A DNA stretch of 49,715 nt from Octopus sinensis (lineage: Eukaryota): NCBI RefSeq assembly GCF_006345805.1, contig NW_021834318.1, positions 1-49,715 of the forward strand, in the 5' to 3' direction. Shown in pieces: positions 1-12,599 of the stretch; within the stretch, counting starts at the first letter, position 1, and every line of letters begins with the position of its first letter. A program made the position numbers and the translations under genes. The notes beneath the pieces were generated by a model. The model did not search any database and had not been told where the DNA came from. It worked only from the letters and a program-made list of their open reading frames with translations.

Positions 1-129
1 TTTCGACTGCTATTTCGGCATGTTGGTGTCTTTTAGACACCTCATTTTTGATTGTTAAAAATTTTTTTACCTTTGTTAGGTATTTCTTTCATGCTGGCCA
101 CTTGATAATTTCGACACTTAATATCGATA

Positions 130-443
130 TTATCCTCATATATAAATTTATATATATATTATATATTATAATATATATAATTAATATATATATATACTAT
201 ATATATATTTATATATATATGTACATATATAAATACTACATACATACACACATACACACATACATACATACACACATACATACACACATACATACACCCA
301 CACAACATACATACATACATACTTATAATGCTGTTTTGGAATAGTAGATTTCGGTCATACTCAGAAAACTAAAATTGAAAATGAAGATATTGGGTTTAAA
401 ATCTCTTCTGCCAGAAAAAATGTGGAAGGCTGCCCGTGTATGG

Positions 444-519
<76 letters not shown>

Positions 520-523
520 ATAT

Positions 524-574
<51 letters not shown>

Positions 575-1230
575 ACATGGATGCTTACGTTATGCATGCA
601 TGTATATATGCATGTATATACGTATATGTATATATGTGTATTAAGGTATGTAAAATATCTAAAGATAAACACGCGCGTGCGCGCACACACACAAACATAT
701 ATACCTATATCTATATGTCTCCCTATTGAGGTACAAACTTAGATAGATGAATAGACAAATTGATTTAATGTTAGATTGATAGATTAAAAGAAATTTCATA
801 TTAATTTATATATGTACATATATACCTCTACGTGTATAACTATGTATACATAAATACATGCATGAAAATATACATAGTGTACATACACACACACATATAA
901 TAAGCACACCCACAATATACATACATACATATATGTATATCTAATCATATGTATATATATATATATATACATATATTTACACACATATATATAAATACAT
1001 ATATATGCATATATAATATATATTATATATATACATACATTTATATATATCTATATATATATATATATATATACATATATACATACATACATATATATGT
1101 ATATATGCATTTATATATATCTATATATATATACATACATATATATATCTATATATATATATATACATATATACATACATATGTATGTATATATATATAT
1201 GTATATATACATACATACATATATATATAT
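130..1230. repeat. Compound (TA)n/(TG)n/(TACA)n microsatellite field with short unique interruptions
   Basis: Seen directly: long TA, CA/TG and ATAC runs. Confidence 0.95.
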
Positions 1231-1450
1231 GCGTGGAGGCGCAATGGCCTAGTGGTTAGGGCAGCGGACTCGCGGTCGCAGGATCGCGGTTTCGATTCTC
1301 AGACCGGGCGTTGTGTGTGTTTATTGAGCGAAAACACCTAAAATCTCTACAAGGCTCCGGCAGGGGGTGGTGATCCCTGCTGTACTCTTTCACCACAATG
1401 GCGGTGCCCCAGCATGGCCACAGCTCAAGAGCTGAAACTGGAAAAAAAAA
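1231..1450 (+). mobile_element. tRNA-derived SINE ending in a CR1-LINE-type 3' tail
   Basis: A-box-like TGGCCTAGTGG (1245) and B-box-like GGTTTCGATTC (1289). The last ~52 nt nearly match the LINE 3' ends at 3394-3445 and 36296-36345 (minus). Ends in an A-run. Confidence 0.85.
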
Positions 1451-1940
1451 TATATATATATATACACATACATATATATGTATATATGCATTTATATATA
1501 TCTATATATACATACATACATATATATATATATGCATGTATATATACATATACATATATATATACATATATACATAGTCACGCAGAAAGGGTGCTGTGTG
1601 AAGTGATGTGTTGCACACGTGAACTTACACAATATCAAACGAACTCACTTGCAATATAGCTTCTTATGGTTTATGAATCTGTGCTAGTGTGTATATAGAT
1701 AAATAAATGGTTTTATATGCAGGCGACACGGACATATATACAACTACAAACGTACACAAAGACACACACCAAAAAGCTATACATACACGCATTATATACC
1801 TTGATTGGTTAGAATATGCTGCAGGAATATAAAACTAAAACTTATAGGGATATAGATTAACTCTGTAATCTCCAAACAGGTTAAATGTTTCATACAACAA
1901 TCTTGACATTCCGCACGCAACATATACGTAAATATATATA

Positions 1941-1972
<32 letters not shown>

Positions 1973-2028
1973 TATTTATGTGTATATATATATATGTATA
2001 TATATTATATATATTATTTATTATATAT

Positions 2029-2103
<75 letters not shown>

Positions 2104-2818
2104 GTATATATATGTTATATATATTAATATACAACATATATATCATATTTTACCTATATACAATATTTGCACACACACACACACACACACATATTACATA
2201 TATAATATTTTATACATATATATACACATTTATGTATATATATGTATATATACTTGTATATAAATATATATTTGTGTATGTTTATGTATATATATTAATA
2301 CATATGTGAGTGTATATTTCTCTTTCTCTCTATATATGCATATGTATATAAACATACATGTGTATATATATATATATATATATTTGTATATATGTATATG
2401 TATATACAAACAAATATATTATACATATATGTATATGTATGAAGACACATATATGCATACATACAAAGAGTGAATGAATAAGGAAAAGGATGCATACGCA
2501 TTTGTGTATATATGTATACATATGTACATGTGTGTATGTATATATATACATATATATATACATAGGTACATAGATACATACATACATATATATATAGATA
2601 TATATAGATATATATATATATATATATATGATATTTTTCTATCTCTCTTTGATATATAAATACACACATAAATATACACATATGTATGCGTGTATATATA
2701 TATATATATATACATACATATTTACATATATACATATATATATATATACATATACACACGCACACATACATACATACATACATACATACATACATACATA
2801 CATACATACATACACACT

Positions 2819-2865
<47 letters not shown>

Positions 2866-2885
2866 GTGCACATATTTCACGTATA
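1451..2885. repeat. Compound TA/TG/TACA microsatellite field (unique interruption ~1576-1930)
   Basis: Seen directly. Confidence 0.9.
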
Positions 2886-3106
2886 GAATGAAATTCAATA
2901 AAAACATAAAGCCTGCTCTAATACACAAACATCAGAGACACACACACATTTACAAAACATATTTTAGCAAATATAATTGGGGATTATGGCGGGATAATTG
3001 CTAAAAATTTGTAAGACTGCGTTCATTGCCTTGTTTTTTGATAATCTGTCTGTGTGACGAGGTTTGAGGTTTTTGCGAACCAGCATCGAAAATAATAAAA
3101 TAATAA

Positions 3107-3465
3107 GTGCCTAGGACTCCAAACTTGCCATCAAGATGTAGGACAAGATTCTGTGATAGCCTGGGCTTCCGAGGCCCACAGCTCTTCAATATCCTCCCGA
3201 AGAACCTGAGAGACCTGCATGGGGTGGATACAGATGTCTTTAAAATGAAGCTGGATCTCTTCCTGTCAGGTGTCCCAGATGAACCAACTTCACGGCAGGA
3301 GGGGCAGATGAGGGCAGCTGCATCGAACTCTCTCATGCACCAAATAGCAGCTGCTAGAAAGCCTTCATGAAGTGAAACCAAGTAGCAACACCAAATGGCG
3401 GTGCCCCAGCATGGCCACAGCTCATAAGCTGAAACTGGAAAAATCAAAATCAAAAAATCAAATCA
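3107..3465 (+). mobile_element. 5'-truncated 3' end of CR1-type LINE
   Basis: PRTPNLPSRCRTRFCDSLGFRGPQLFNILPKNLRDLHG...DEPTSRQ is nearly identical to the C-terminus of the 36367-38385 ORF; followed by 3' UTR and an (AAAATC)-like tail. Confidence 0.95.
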
Positions 3466-3474
3466 CGCAAACAT

Positions 3475-4200
<726 letters not shown>

Positions 4201-4960
4201 TGTCCATACAGATATATGTATAAAACGCTGAGTAAGGAATATTTTTTTACACCCAAAAATGAAAATTATACATTCTTAGCATTTTGTATGAATGTTTAGC
4301 TAAATTAATACCAATAATTACTAATTGCTTATTTTATCTAATTAGCTTGTTTAATATACTTTCTGAGAATCTATGAAAGCACGCAATTATTTATGCATTA
4401 GAGGGAGAAAAAAATAAGCGACACAGGCGTCATATTGCGATTTAAAATCTGTCTTGTGAATCTTACGTTTCAGATTTCGATTCTAATTCGCAGCTTCTCT
4501 GTTGGTGCAAAGCTAAATTAAACGGACTCTGTTCTGACTTCTGCGAGTTTTGTTCAATATTTACCAGGGCTAACAAGGTTTAATCTATTTGTGTACCAGT
4601 TCATATCTCATTCATTCCGTGTTTGTGATTTTATATTCGCCCAAGACATTATTATATCGAAATATTTCCATGGAAGACTTTACATTTGTTTTACTCTCTT
4701 TGCTATAACAGGAATTAAGAGGAAAGTTCCTTAAAGTTCCTTTAATAAATATCTTTCTTGGAATTGTAGATTGTTTATCCCCTCTTTTAATTTGATAACA
4801 CCTTTTGAGATTTTCTGCATTTTTCGCATTCTTTTGTTGTCTTTATAAAGCGATTAGAATCAACCATTCTTTTTGTTAACTGAGCAATGAACAAGATACA
4901 TTACGTTGCAATGAACCATCGCTCTACTCCGATTAGCGCTTAGTTACCCTACCACTTCAG

Positions 4961-5257
4961 TTCCTTAAACCTTATATTACCCTACCATTCGTCTCTGGCT
5001 CATTCATCTATCATTTATTTGCCATTGGTATTAGCTACGGGTAAGTATTTTTGCTGTCTTGTGTGTTACCTTCTCATTTTACCGCGGTTATTATCTTGTA
5101 GTAATGACTTGATTGATATTCGTCTTATTAATTGTGCGATTCTGCCATACTTTTGTTCGCTGATTGTAAATAAATATGGCTAACATTGGCCTTCTCCTTA
5201 TTTTATTCTTATATTTTACTTCAGTGCAGTACTATTTGCGAACGGAGCAGAAGCCGG
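4961..5257 (+). other. Two candidate small exons (4961-5040, 5225-5257) of an unidentified transcript
   Basis: CTTCAG acceptor, CGG|GTAAGT donor, TTTTACTTCAG acceptor, CGG|GTGAGC donor. Two frames are open across the junction. No recognised homology. Confidence 0.3.
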
Positions 5258-5490
5258 GTGAGCTGCAGTCCTCAACACCCCCACAGCAGATACCGGAGGA
5301 AATTCAAGCAAAAAATAAAAATAAAACCCATGGATAATGATTGTTTAATTGCTTGAATAATTGCTGTGAGATAGAAGCGGCTGCCTTTCCAAAATTCGAC
5401 ACTTGTTAAAATAGTAGTTCAAATTTTACCAATGACTTCAATCGCATAGCGTTATCGTCAGAAGATTGGTGGGTTATCTGTGCAACACCA

Positions 5491-5750
5491 TGTGCTGGGA
5501 CGCGTAGCCTAGTGGTTAGGGTGTTGCACTAATGATCGCTAGATCGTGGTTTCGATTCCTGGACTTCAGTTCACGTTGCTCTGCAATCACTGCGACTGCT
5601 AACATGTTGCACAAAATTGCGCTTGTACAGGAAATGCTGATTTGACGGAGAGAGTGAGCAACAGATACATTTGATCACTATAAACGAATCATCTGTTCAA
5701 CAAGAATTTGCGGAACTCTTAACTGTCGTTTACAACAGGTGAATCCACTA
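5491..5750 (+). mobile_element. Diverged tRNA-derived SINE
   Basis: TAGCCTAGTGG A box and GGTTTCGATTCC B box; head similar to the SINE at 1231. Confidence 0.6.
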
Positions 5751-5813
5751 CTCTGGGACTGAGCCGTCAGAATCATTTGGTTCTGATTTGATGCCAAAAT
5801 AATCAACATATTT

Positions 5814-5975
5814 GCGCAGGAGTGGCTGTGTGGTAAGTAGCTGGCTTACCAACGACATGGTTCCAGGTTCAGTCCCTCTGCGTGGCACCTTGGGCTAGTG
5901 TCTTCTACTATAGCCTCGGGCCGATCAAAGCCTTGTGAGTGGATTTCGTAGACGTAAACTGAAAGAAGCCTGTCG

Positions 5976-6071
<96 letters not shown>

Positions 6072-6269
6072 TGTGTCTGTGTTTGTCCCTCCAACATCAC
6101 TTGACAACCGATGCTGATGTGTTTACGTCCCCGTAACATAGCGGTTCGGCAAAAAGAGACCGATAGAATAAGTACTAAGGCTTACAAAGAATAAGTCCTG
6201 GGGTCGATTTGCTCCAGCATGGCCGCAGGTAACTGACTGAAACAAGTAAAAGAGTAGAGAGTAAAGAGT
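5814..6269 (+). mobile_element. tRNA-derived SINE family B (internal TA/TG microsatellite, CCAGCATGGCC...GAAACAAGTAAAAGAG tail)
   Basis: Homologous to copies at 19796, 22070 and 42052; possible ATATTTG target-site duplication. Confidence 0.9.
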
Positions 6270-6598
6270 ATATTTGGTTTTAGAAAGAATCTGCTCTGAG
6301 TTCCTGTTTGGCATTCTTCTCTGATGTGGCAGCGATGTGCAAATACCGAAAATGTTATCAAATATTATCATTAAACAATAGAAGGACGATAAAACCTTTC
6401 CAATATCTTTGCCTTCACCTGATTTCATTGTTAAAACAGTCATATAACTCTATGAAGTAAATTATTGATCTTGTTCTATTATGTTTTGAATTTTCAGGCG
6501 ATTTGTGAAGTTTTTGAGGAAAAAAAAATCTGAAGTTCTTTCTCAGCACCTCCCCAAAATTTACTCAGGACATGAGAGTGAGCTTAGAAATCTTTTTG

Positions 6599-6803
6599 GA
6601 TCTTTTCGGTTTGAACGGCAGTTTTTTCTAGCGGTGTCATATGAAATTGTCACCCATAATTATGACCCTAGTATCGATCTATTGCATTTTAATCTGTTTT
6701 AGGGTTAGGGTTAATTAGGGCTAGGATTAGGGGTGGGGGAAGGGTATCTTTCTTTCTTCACAAATGTAAATAAACCCAATCTGTTTCTTAAACGAGGGAC
6801 ATT
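6599..6803 (-). mobile_element. Truncated copy of GATC-terminated MITE carrying TTAGGG-like motifs
   Basis: Near-perfect reverse complement of 7681-7869; cut by the SINE at 6804. Confidence 0.8.
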
Positions 6804-7023
6804 TTCTTTACTACCGACAAGGGGCTAAACACAGAGAGGACAAACAAGGACAGACAAACGGATTAAGTCGATTATATCGACCCCAGTGCGTAACTGGTAC
6901 TTAATTTATCGACCCCGAAAAGATGAAAGACCTCTGCGGAATTTCAACTCAGAACGTAGTGGCAAACGAAATACGGCTACGCATTTCGCCCGGCGTGTTA
7001 ACGATTCTGCCATCTCGCCGCCT
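6804..7023 (-). mobile_element. SINE family A (GGCGGCGAGCTGGCAGAA head; GTAAAGAAATAGG tail)
   Basis: Homologous to more than ten other copies in the window. Confidence 0.9.
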
Positions 7024-7310
7024 TCCCAAAACAAATACCAGATGAGCTTTGGGGTCAATGTAATCAACTAACCCCCTCATCAAAATTGTTGTCCTTGGTA
7101 CCCAAAATTTGGAACCATTATTATTATTTTTATTAAGCAGTATATAATATTAACGCAAAAATTCATTAGAATCAGGTTTGCTGCTGGTAAGGAAAATGCT
7201 GAAAATTTCCCAATTCCAACGTTCTTTATGTATCAGCTTCTGAAAAACCTGATAAGTTTGATAAGGTTTCTGACTGAACACATTTACGAGTAGTCACATG
7301 ACTGCAATGG

Positions 7311-7869
7311 GATCTTTTCAGTTTGAACGGCAGTTTTTAAAAATAATTTCTAGGTAACTAAACACTTTTAAACTTCGTATACTGGTTGAATGTGTTTATA
7401 AAACATCTTTTTCTCTTGGCTTTATTGAGAAGATTCTATAGTTTGTAAGATATTTGGGTCTTTTCGGTTTGAACGGCAGTTTTTAAAATAATTTCCACGT
7501 AACTAAACACTTTTAAACTTCGTATACTGGTAGAATGTGTTTATAAAACATCCTTTTCTCTTGGCTTTATTGAGAAAATTCTATAGTTTGTAAGATATTT
7601 GTTGGTTTTTATCTTCAATATCTGCAATTTCAACCAATCAATGACGTCTATTGAGCTAAAAAGCATTCTGTGCCGTATGAATGTCCCTCGTTTAAGAAAC
7701 AGATTGGGTTTATTTACATTTGTGAAGAATAAAAAGATACCCTTCCCCCCACCCTAACCTTAACCCTAAAATAGATTGAAATGCAATAGATCGATACTAG
7801 GGTCATAATTATGGGTGACAATTTCATATGACACCGCTAGAAAAAACTGCCGTTCAAACCGAAAAGATC
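7311..7869 (+). mobile_element. MITE (~410 bp, 7457-7869) with ~28-bp TIRs, preceded by a tandem duplicate of its left end (7311-7456)
   Basis: Termini GGTCTTTTCGGTTTGAACGGCAGTTTTT ... AAAAAACTGCCGTTCAAACCGAAAAGATC. No coding capacity; superfamily unknown. Confidence 0.8.
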
Positions 7870-8054
7870 TCTGGATTGTAGTAAATACCGAAAGTCAATG
7901 ATGATCGAGTTGTGGTAGACATTTAAGGACGAGTAGCCAAGTCGCACTGTAGTCAGGAATTGGAAAGTCCTTACACTTGGAAAAGCGTCCTTCAGTGGAC
8001 AAGTTAATATTTCTGAAACAGCAGATTCAGTGTTCTTAACTCTCAGGTATTAAT

Positions 8055-8290
8055 AGGCGGCGAGCTGGCAGAAACATTAGCACGCCGGGCGATATGCTTT
8101 CCCGCATTTCGCCTGCCGTTACGTTCAGAGTTCAAATTCCGCCGAGGTCAACTTTGCCTTTCATCCTTTCGGGGTCGATAAATTAAATACCAGTTACGCA
8201 CTGGGGTCGATATGATCGACTTAATCCGTTTGTCTGTCCTTGTTTGTCCCCTCTGTGTTTAGCCCCTTGTGGGTAGTAAAGAAATAGGTA
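8055..8290 (+). mobile_element. SINE family A
   Basis: Full-length match to the other copies. Confidence 0.9.
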
Positions 8291-8749
8291 TTAACACCAT
8301 TCATATCGATGAATACCCTCAATCATAACTCTTTGACTCATATTATCGAGTTTCAACCCGGAGCTTTATTATTTACATCCATAGGTAGAGTGCAGCATAT
8401 CTGAAAATGTTATTGATTTTCTTTCTCTGTTGGCATTTTCCGGACAACAGAGAACGAACACATTGACAAGACATTTAAATAAAGGCTTTTGTGATCGGAT
8501 GTATGCTATTGAGTACTTTGGCTATTCATCAGAGTATAGTCAAATTAGTTCTGTACGTCCCAATTTCAGTTTGAAATGTTCGGTGCCTTTCGTATCGACT
8601 CAACCTGGTAATAGCTGTCTCAAAAAAGAAAAGAAGAAAGAAAGAAAAGAAGAAAAAAAAAAGAAAAAAGATGTAATGATTGCAGAAGTTTTCGCCATAC
8701 TGCAACAATTGCATTCGTGATCGGTACACTGTGCACCAATATTTCTTCT

Positions 8750-8758
8750 ATTGTTATC

Positions 8759-8818
<60 letters not shown>

Positions 8819-8978
8819 GTTATTATTATGGCCGAGTTCCAACCTGGGCCACAGCAACACGGTCCGCCCGCCACACTTCTCGTCCATCACTACTGCCTCG
8901 AGGAGGTCCTGGATACATTCCAGGCCGCCAGTGTCAGTAATGAAATTGCCGATATAAGTTTTGACGGCGTTTTCCTCT
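8750..8978 (-). mobile_element. Short 3' end of an RTE/RTEX-like LINE with (TAA)n tail
   Basis: Minus-strand KTYIGNFITDTGGLE..QDL..VMD resembles RTE ORF C-termini (TYIDxLxxDTGL..MxDR); followed by an (AAT)n tail; possible CTTCTAT target-site duplication. Confidence 0.55.
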
Positions 8979-9520
8979 TCTATACAGGAAGAAAAAGAGA
9001 TACAACTAGTGGAGCTGAAAATCTTGTCTAATGTATTGAAGCTGCCAGTATATATATATATATCATAATTTTCTATACATTGTTTTGGATAACGTTTCGC
9101 ATTTTGATGAACAAGCAAAGTCGCTCGAGGCACAAATTAAAGGTAAGTAGTGTATTTCATTTTGTCAGCAGACTTTGTGTTCTTTTCGTTCTATTTGAAT
9201 AAATTCTCTCATGAACCAGGTCTCAGGCAAATATGTTGCAGCTTCATCAGTTGTGGCAGCAAGCAAATTGATATCCAGATCTTGAGGATCTTGAGGATCT
9301 TGATGACGAACTAGACGTGCTGACGACTAAGGTGTGTGGCATATACTTAGTCAACAAATCACCGAACTTATTAGAAACAACAGGTTGGTTGGAGAGAGAC
9401 TCAAAAGGTGATGTGAGTTGCCTCAGCATTTGGAGGTTAATGAGGTTTTTGGAGGCTGACCGATAAAATTACGAGATCTTTTTACCTGTCTGTGCCGAAA
9501 CCTCCACCTCTTCACAGTAG

Positions 9521-9742
9521 TACCTATTTCTTTACTACCCACAAAGGGCTAAACACAAAGAAGACAGACAAAGGGATTAAGTCGATTACATCGACCCCAT
9601 TGCGTAACTGGTACTTAATTTATCGACCCCGAAAGGATGAAAGGCAAAGTCGACCTCGGCGGAATTTGAACTCAGAATGTAACGGCAGACGAAATACGGC
9701 TACGCATTTCGCCCGGCACGCTAACGTTTCTGCCAGCTCGCC
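9521..9742 (-). mobile_element. SINE family A
   Basis: Full-length match. Confidence 0.9.
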
Positions 9743-10059
9743 ATCAATTTGTGAGGCTAGATGGAAACTGAGAGATGGTAAGAAACAAAATAAAATGCGA
9801 AACGATCTCTTACCAACGGAAGATAGAAAGAAACGTGAAGGACAATCAAGGAGTGCGAGGTATCCAACTCTTTTGAAAAGAAAATTTCTCTTAGCAAGAA
9901 AATTTATATTAAGCTTATTGTCCTGTGCATAGTTAATGATTAATGACGCATATAAAACGTATGAGGAGTTTCGAGAGTTTCTTATTTAGGAGAGTGATGG
10001 TAACTGACAAAAAGAAAAAGCAATCTTAGTATCATACTTAAAACAAATGCATAGTTTCT

Positions 10060-10430
10060 CCACCCCCTCTCATCGTAGTGGGGACACTGGCAACGGGTAG
10101 TGTCAGAGCTATGCTGTCGGGAACTTCGATTCCTGGTAGGGCCACCCATCCAAGGCGGATTGGTCTGACACCGAGTGGTATTAGGGCCACAACCCGGCAG
10201 TCGAGGCTCTGGTGAAAAATCCTCGGATTGTCTGTTTCGGCAACCGGCGGCGGCTCCTCGGTCGTTCTGTCCCTGCGTCTACGGACAATCTGCGGCAAAC
10301 AGGATGTCTCCACATGCAGGATTGTTGGGGACCGCTTGTGAAACCCACATATTCCCACGAAACTTCTTCCATGAGTAGAAGAAGCCGACTCAACCCGCCC
10401 AGAGTGAATGTCGCCACAAGTACAAGTAAG
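10060..10430 (-). mobile_element. Probable isolated 5' UTR of an RTE-clade LINE
   Basis: GC-rich island whose minus strand has TTGGATGGGTGGCCCTACCAGG...CCCGACAGCATAGCTCT, resembling a motif I recall from RTE 5' UTRs (not searched). Confidence 0.45.
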
Positions 10431-11290
10431 TAAGTACATAGTTGAAAGCCTTATGAAATGCAGTTTTTGCATCGAGAAAGCATCTCGAATAGACGTATAG
10501 TTTTTAAAATGTAAAATCTGCCAGCAGCTGTGATGGAATTGCTATTTTTGTCTTCATGGGCTTCGTCAATATTAATTATCCATTAGTACTAGAATGCTAA
10601 GATAACAATCAGCCACTACTGATAGAGGAAAATAGTGATTGAAGAATCACTAATAATTAGCAAGTATGCTGAATTAAGATTCATTATGAGCAACAAAAAC
10701 AATATTAGTTCAAAATAGTATACTCTGTATCATACTCAAAGCAGATATCACATTTTTGCAAGGCTTTCAGCGATTTATCTGCTTTAAGTACGATACACAG
10801 ATTGCTATTTTGAATTAATATTCTTTCTGTCTCTAACAACAACATTTAAAAACAAAATTAATTTATTATTGATAAGATGCTCTTTTAAAGTTCCCCTAAT
10901 GCTACACATCAGTCAAATGCATGACGTTGGCCCTTACTTGCTACTTTAACCAAAAGGTTTTACTTGGAATTTTTTTTCTTTTAGATACGAAAAAGTTATG
11001 TAATCAACCCACTTGAAAAATTTTAATGTTGATATTTGTTTTAATTATTATGTCCCCCCCCTCCAGATTCTTTAATCAATGTCATTATTTCTGTTATTTT
11101 TTATAAATCTTCAAACTTGTCCCAACTCTTATTGTATAACGTCTTTCACACATTTTCATCTTCGTTCTTTGCCCCCCACCCCACCCATTTTTGTAAGCCC
11201 TTTTAATGTATGTTTATATGATATGTAATGACCCCCACTGGTCTAAATAAAGATAGTATTATTGTTGATGTCGTTGGTGTGGCTGTTGGG

Positions 11291-11490
11291 GCAGGGAGCT
11301 TGGCAGGAACATCAGCACAACCGACAAAATGCTTAACGGCATTTCGTCTGTCTTTACGTTCTGAGTTCAAATTCGGCTGAAATTGACTTTGCTTTCAAAG
11401 GTCGATAAAAGAGTACCAGTTGAGCACTGGGGCCGATGTAATCGACTGTTACCCTCACACCAACCAAAATTTAAGGCCTTGTGCTTATAT
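11291..11490 (+). mobile_element. Diverged SINE family A variant
   Basis: GTTCTGAGTTCAAATTC and GTACCAGTTGAGCACTGGGG blocks shared with family A. Confidence 0.7.
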
Positions 11491-11519
11491 ACTGGATTAT
11501 TATTATTATTATTATTATT

Positions 11520-12073
11520 GAGTGAGAGAGCAGTTCATGCCATCAAAGTGACACTGGGGTAAAATATACGAAGCCCAATATACCCATCATGACTACCCGT
11601 CTGATAAAGGTACACCAGGCACATGCATCACAACCATATGTGCGCGACATGGTGATCTCATATCAAGATAAACAGCACATGACCTTGCAGGTGGGGCCCA
11701 GTTGGAATTTTCTTCAGGTTGAGTAGCCCATCCCGCTCAAACGGTCCCTGAATAAGGGTTGTTTAAGGATGTTGAAAGAACCACCTATGTTTCCAGAGGT
11801 GAACTATTCAAACCCCAAAGAATCCCTCTCAACACATGGCTATGATGCTCCCCCACTACTTCTGCTCGTGATCAGAGATGCACATATCGTCAGCCACTAA
11901 GGGACATGCTCAACTGGTTAAGGTCAAACAACTGACAAGCAAATCTGTGGTATTGAGCAGAATATTTGCTGTAGCCCATCTTTTATACCAAGACAAAACA
12001 ATGTACATGATAACACTTCCAATCAGTTAAGATCAGAAGCCATGAGAGCCACTGCCTGGTACTGCATCAGGGC

Positions 12074-12077
<4 letters not shown>
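11520..12077. mobile_element. ~555-bp non-coding interspersed element inserted between two (ATT)n tracts
   Basis: Sharp boundaries with (ATT)n on both sides, normal complexity, no ORF. Family not confirmed. Confidence 0.45.
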
Positions 12078-12130
<53 letters not shown>

Positions 12131-12137
12131 CATTACT

Positions 12138-12178
<41 letters not shown>

Positions 12179-12208
12179 TATTATTATTATTATTATTATT
12201 ATATTATT

Positions 12209-12255
<47 letters not shown>

Positions 12256-12351
12256 ATTATTATTATTATTATTATTATTATCATCATCATCATCATCATC
12301 TCATCATCATCATCATCATCATCATCATATTATTATTATTATATTATTATT

Positions 12352-12407
<56 letters not shown>

Positions 12408-12434
12408 ATTATTATTATTATCATTATTATTATT

Positions 12435-12469
<35 letters not shown>

Positions 12470-12502
12470 ATCATCATCATCATATCATCATCATCATTAT
12501 TA

Positions 12503-12576
<74 letters not shown>

Positions 12577-12590
12577 TATTAATCTTTTTA
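12078..12590. repeat. Compound (ATT)n/(ATC)n trinucleotide microsatellite
   Basis: Seen directly. Confidence 0.97.
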
Positions 12591-12599
12591 AACTTTTAA

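Larger units (their letters stand above)
6284..9300 (+). pseudogene. Candidate decayed spliced coding segments of an unidentified protein (6284-6456, 6498-6598, ~7150-7290, 8385-8607, 8988-9142, 9220-~9310)
   Basis: Stop-free frames of 57 and 74 codons bounded by AG/GT. A 41-nt intron (6457-6497) restores frame, and a 77-nt intron has an AAG|GTAAGT donor (9143-9219). Interrupted by MITE/SINE insertions; phases are not all consistent. Confidence 0.3.

Noticed and set aside
1-60. Minus-strand TGAG-GTGTC/GACAC...GAAAT-AGCA-GTC, hammerhead-like
   Set aside because: No CTGA, 8 extra nt between the hairpin and GAAA, and cut by the window edge.
1231-1310. tRNA gene (also 5497-5570)
   Set aside because: A and B boxes present but no acceptor stem, and sequence continues into SINE body.
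6236-6256. SINE B tail GACTGAAACAAGTA looking like a hammerhead 3' half
   Set aside because: No CTGANGA upstream; better explained as a LINE-recognition stem-loop.
6700-6740. Interstitial telomere (TTAGGG-like)
   Set aside because: Only a few degenerate units inside the MITE.
8844-8979. Apparent minus-strand exon EENAVKTYIGNFITDTGGLECIQDLL...
   Set aside because: Better explained as the C-terminus of an RTE-like LINE directly followed by its (AAT)n tail.
9320-9356. CTGACGA followed by GACTAAG/CTTAGTC hairpin
   Set aside because: No GAAA after the stem and no helix I.
11520-11700. Possible HDV-like ribozyme on the minus strand of the 555-bp element
   Set aside because: P1, P2 and J4/2 could not be paired canonically by eye.
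12042-12599. 185-aa poly-I/H/S/Y ORF
   Set aside because: Translation of an (ATT)n/(ATC)n repeat.
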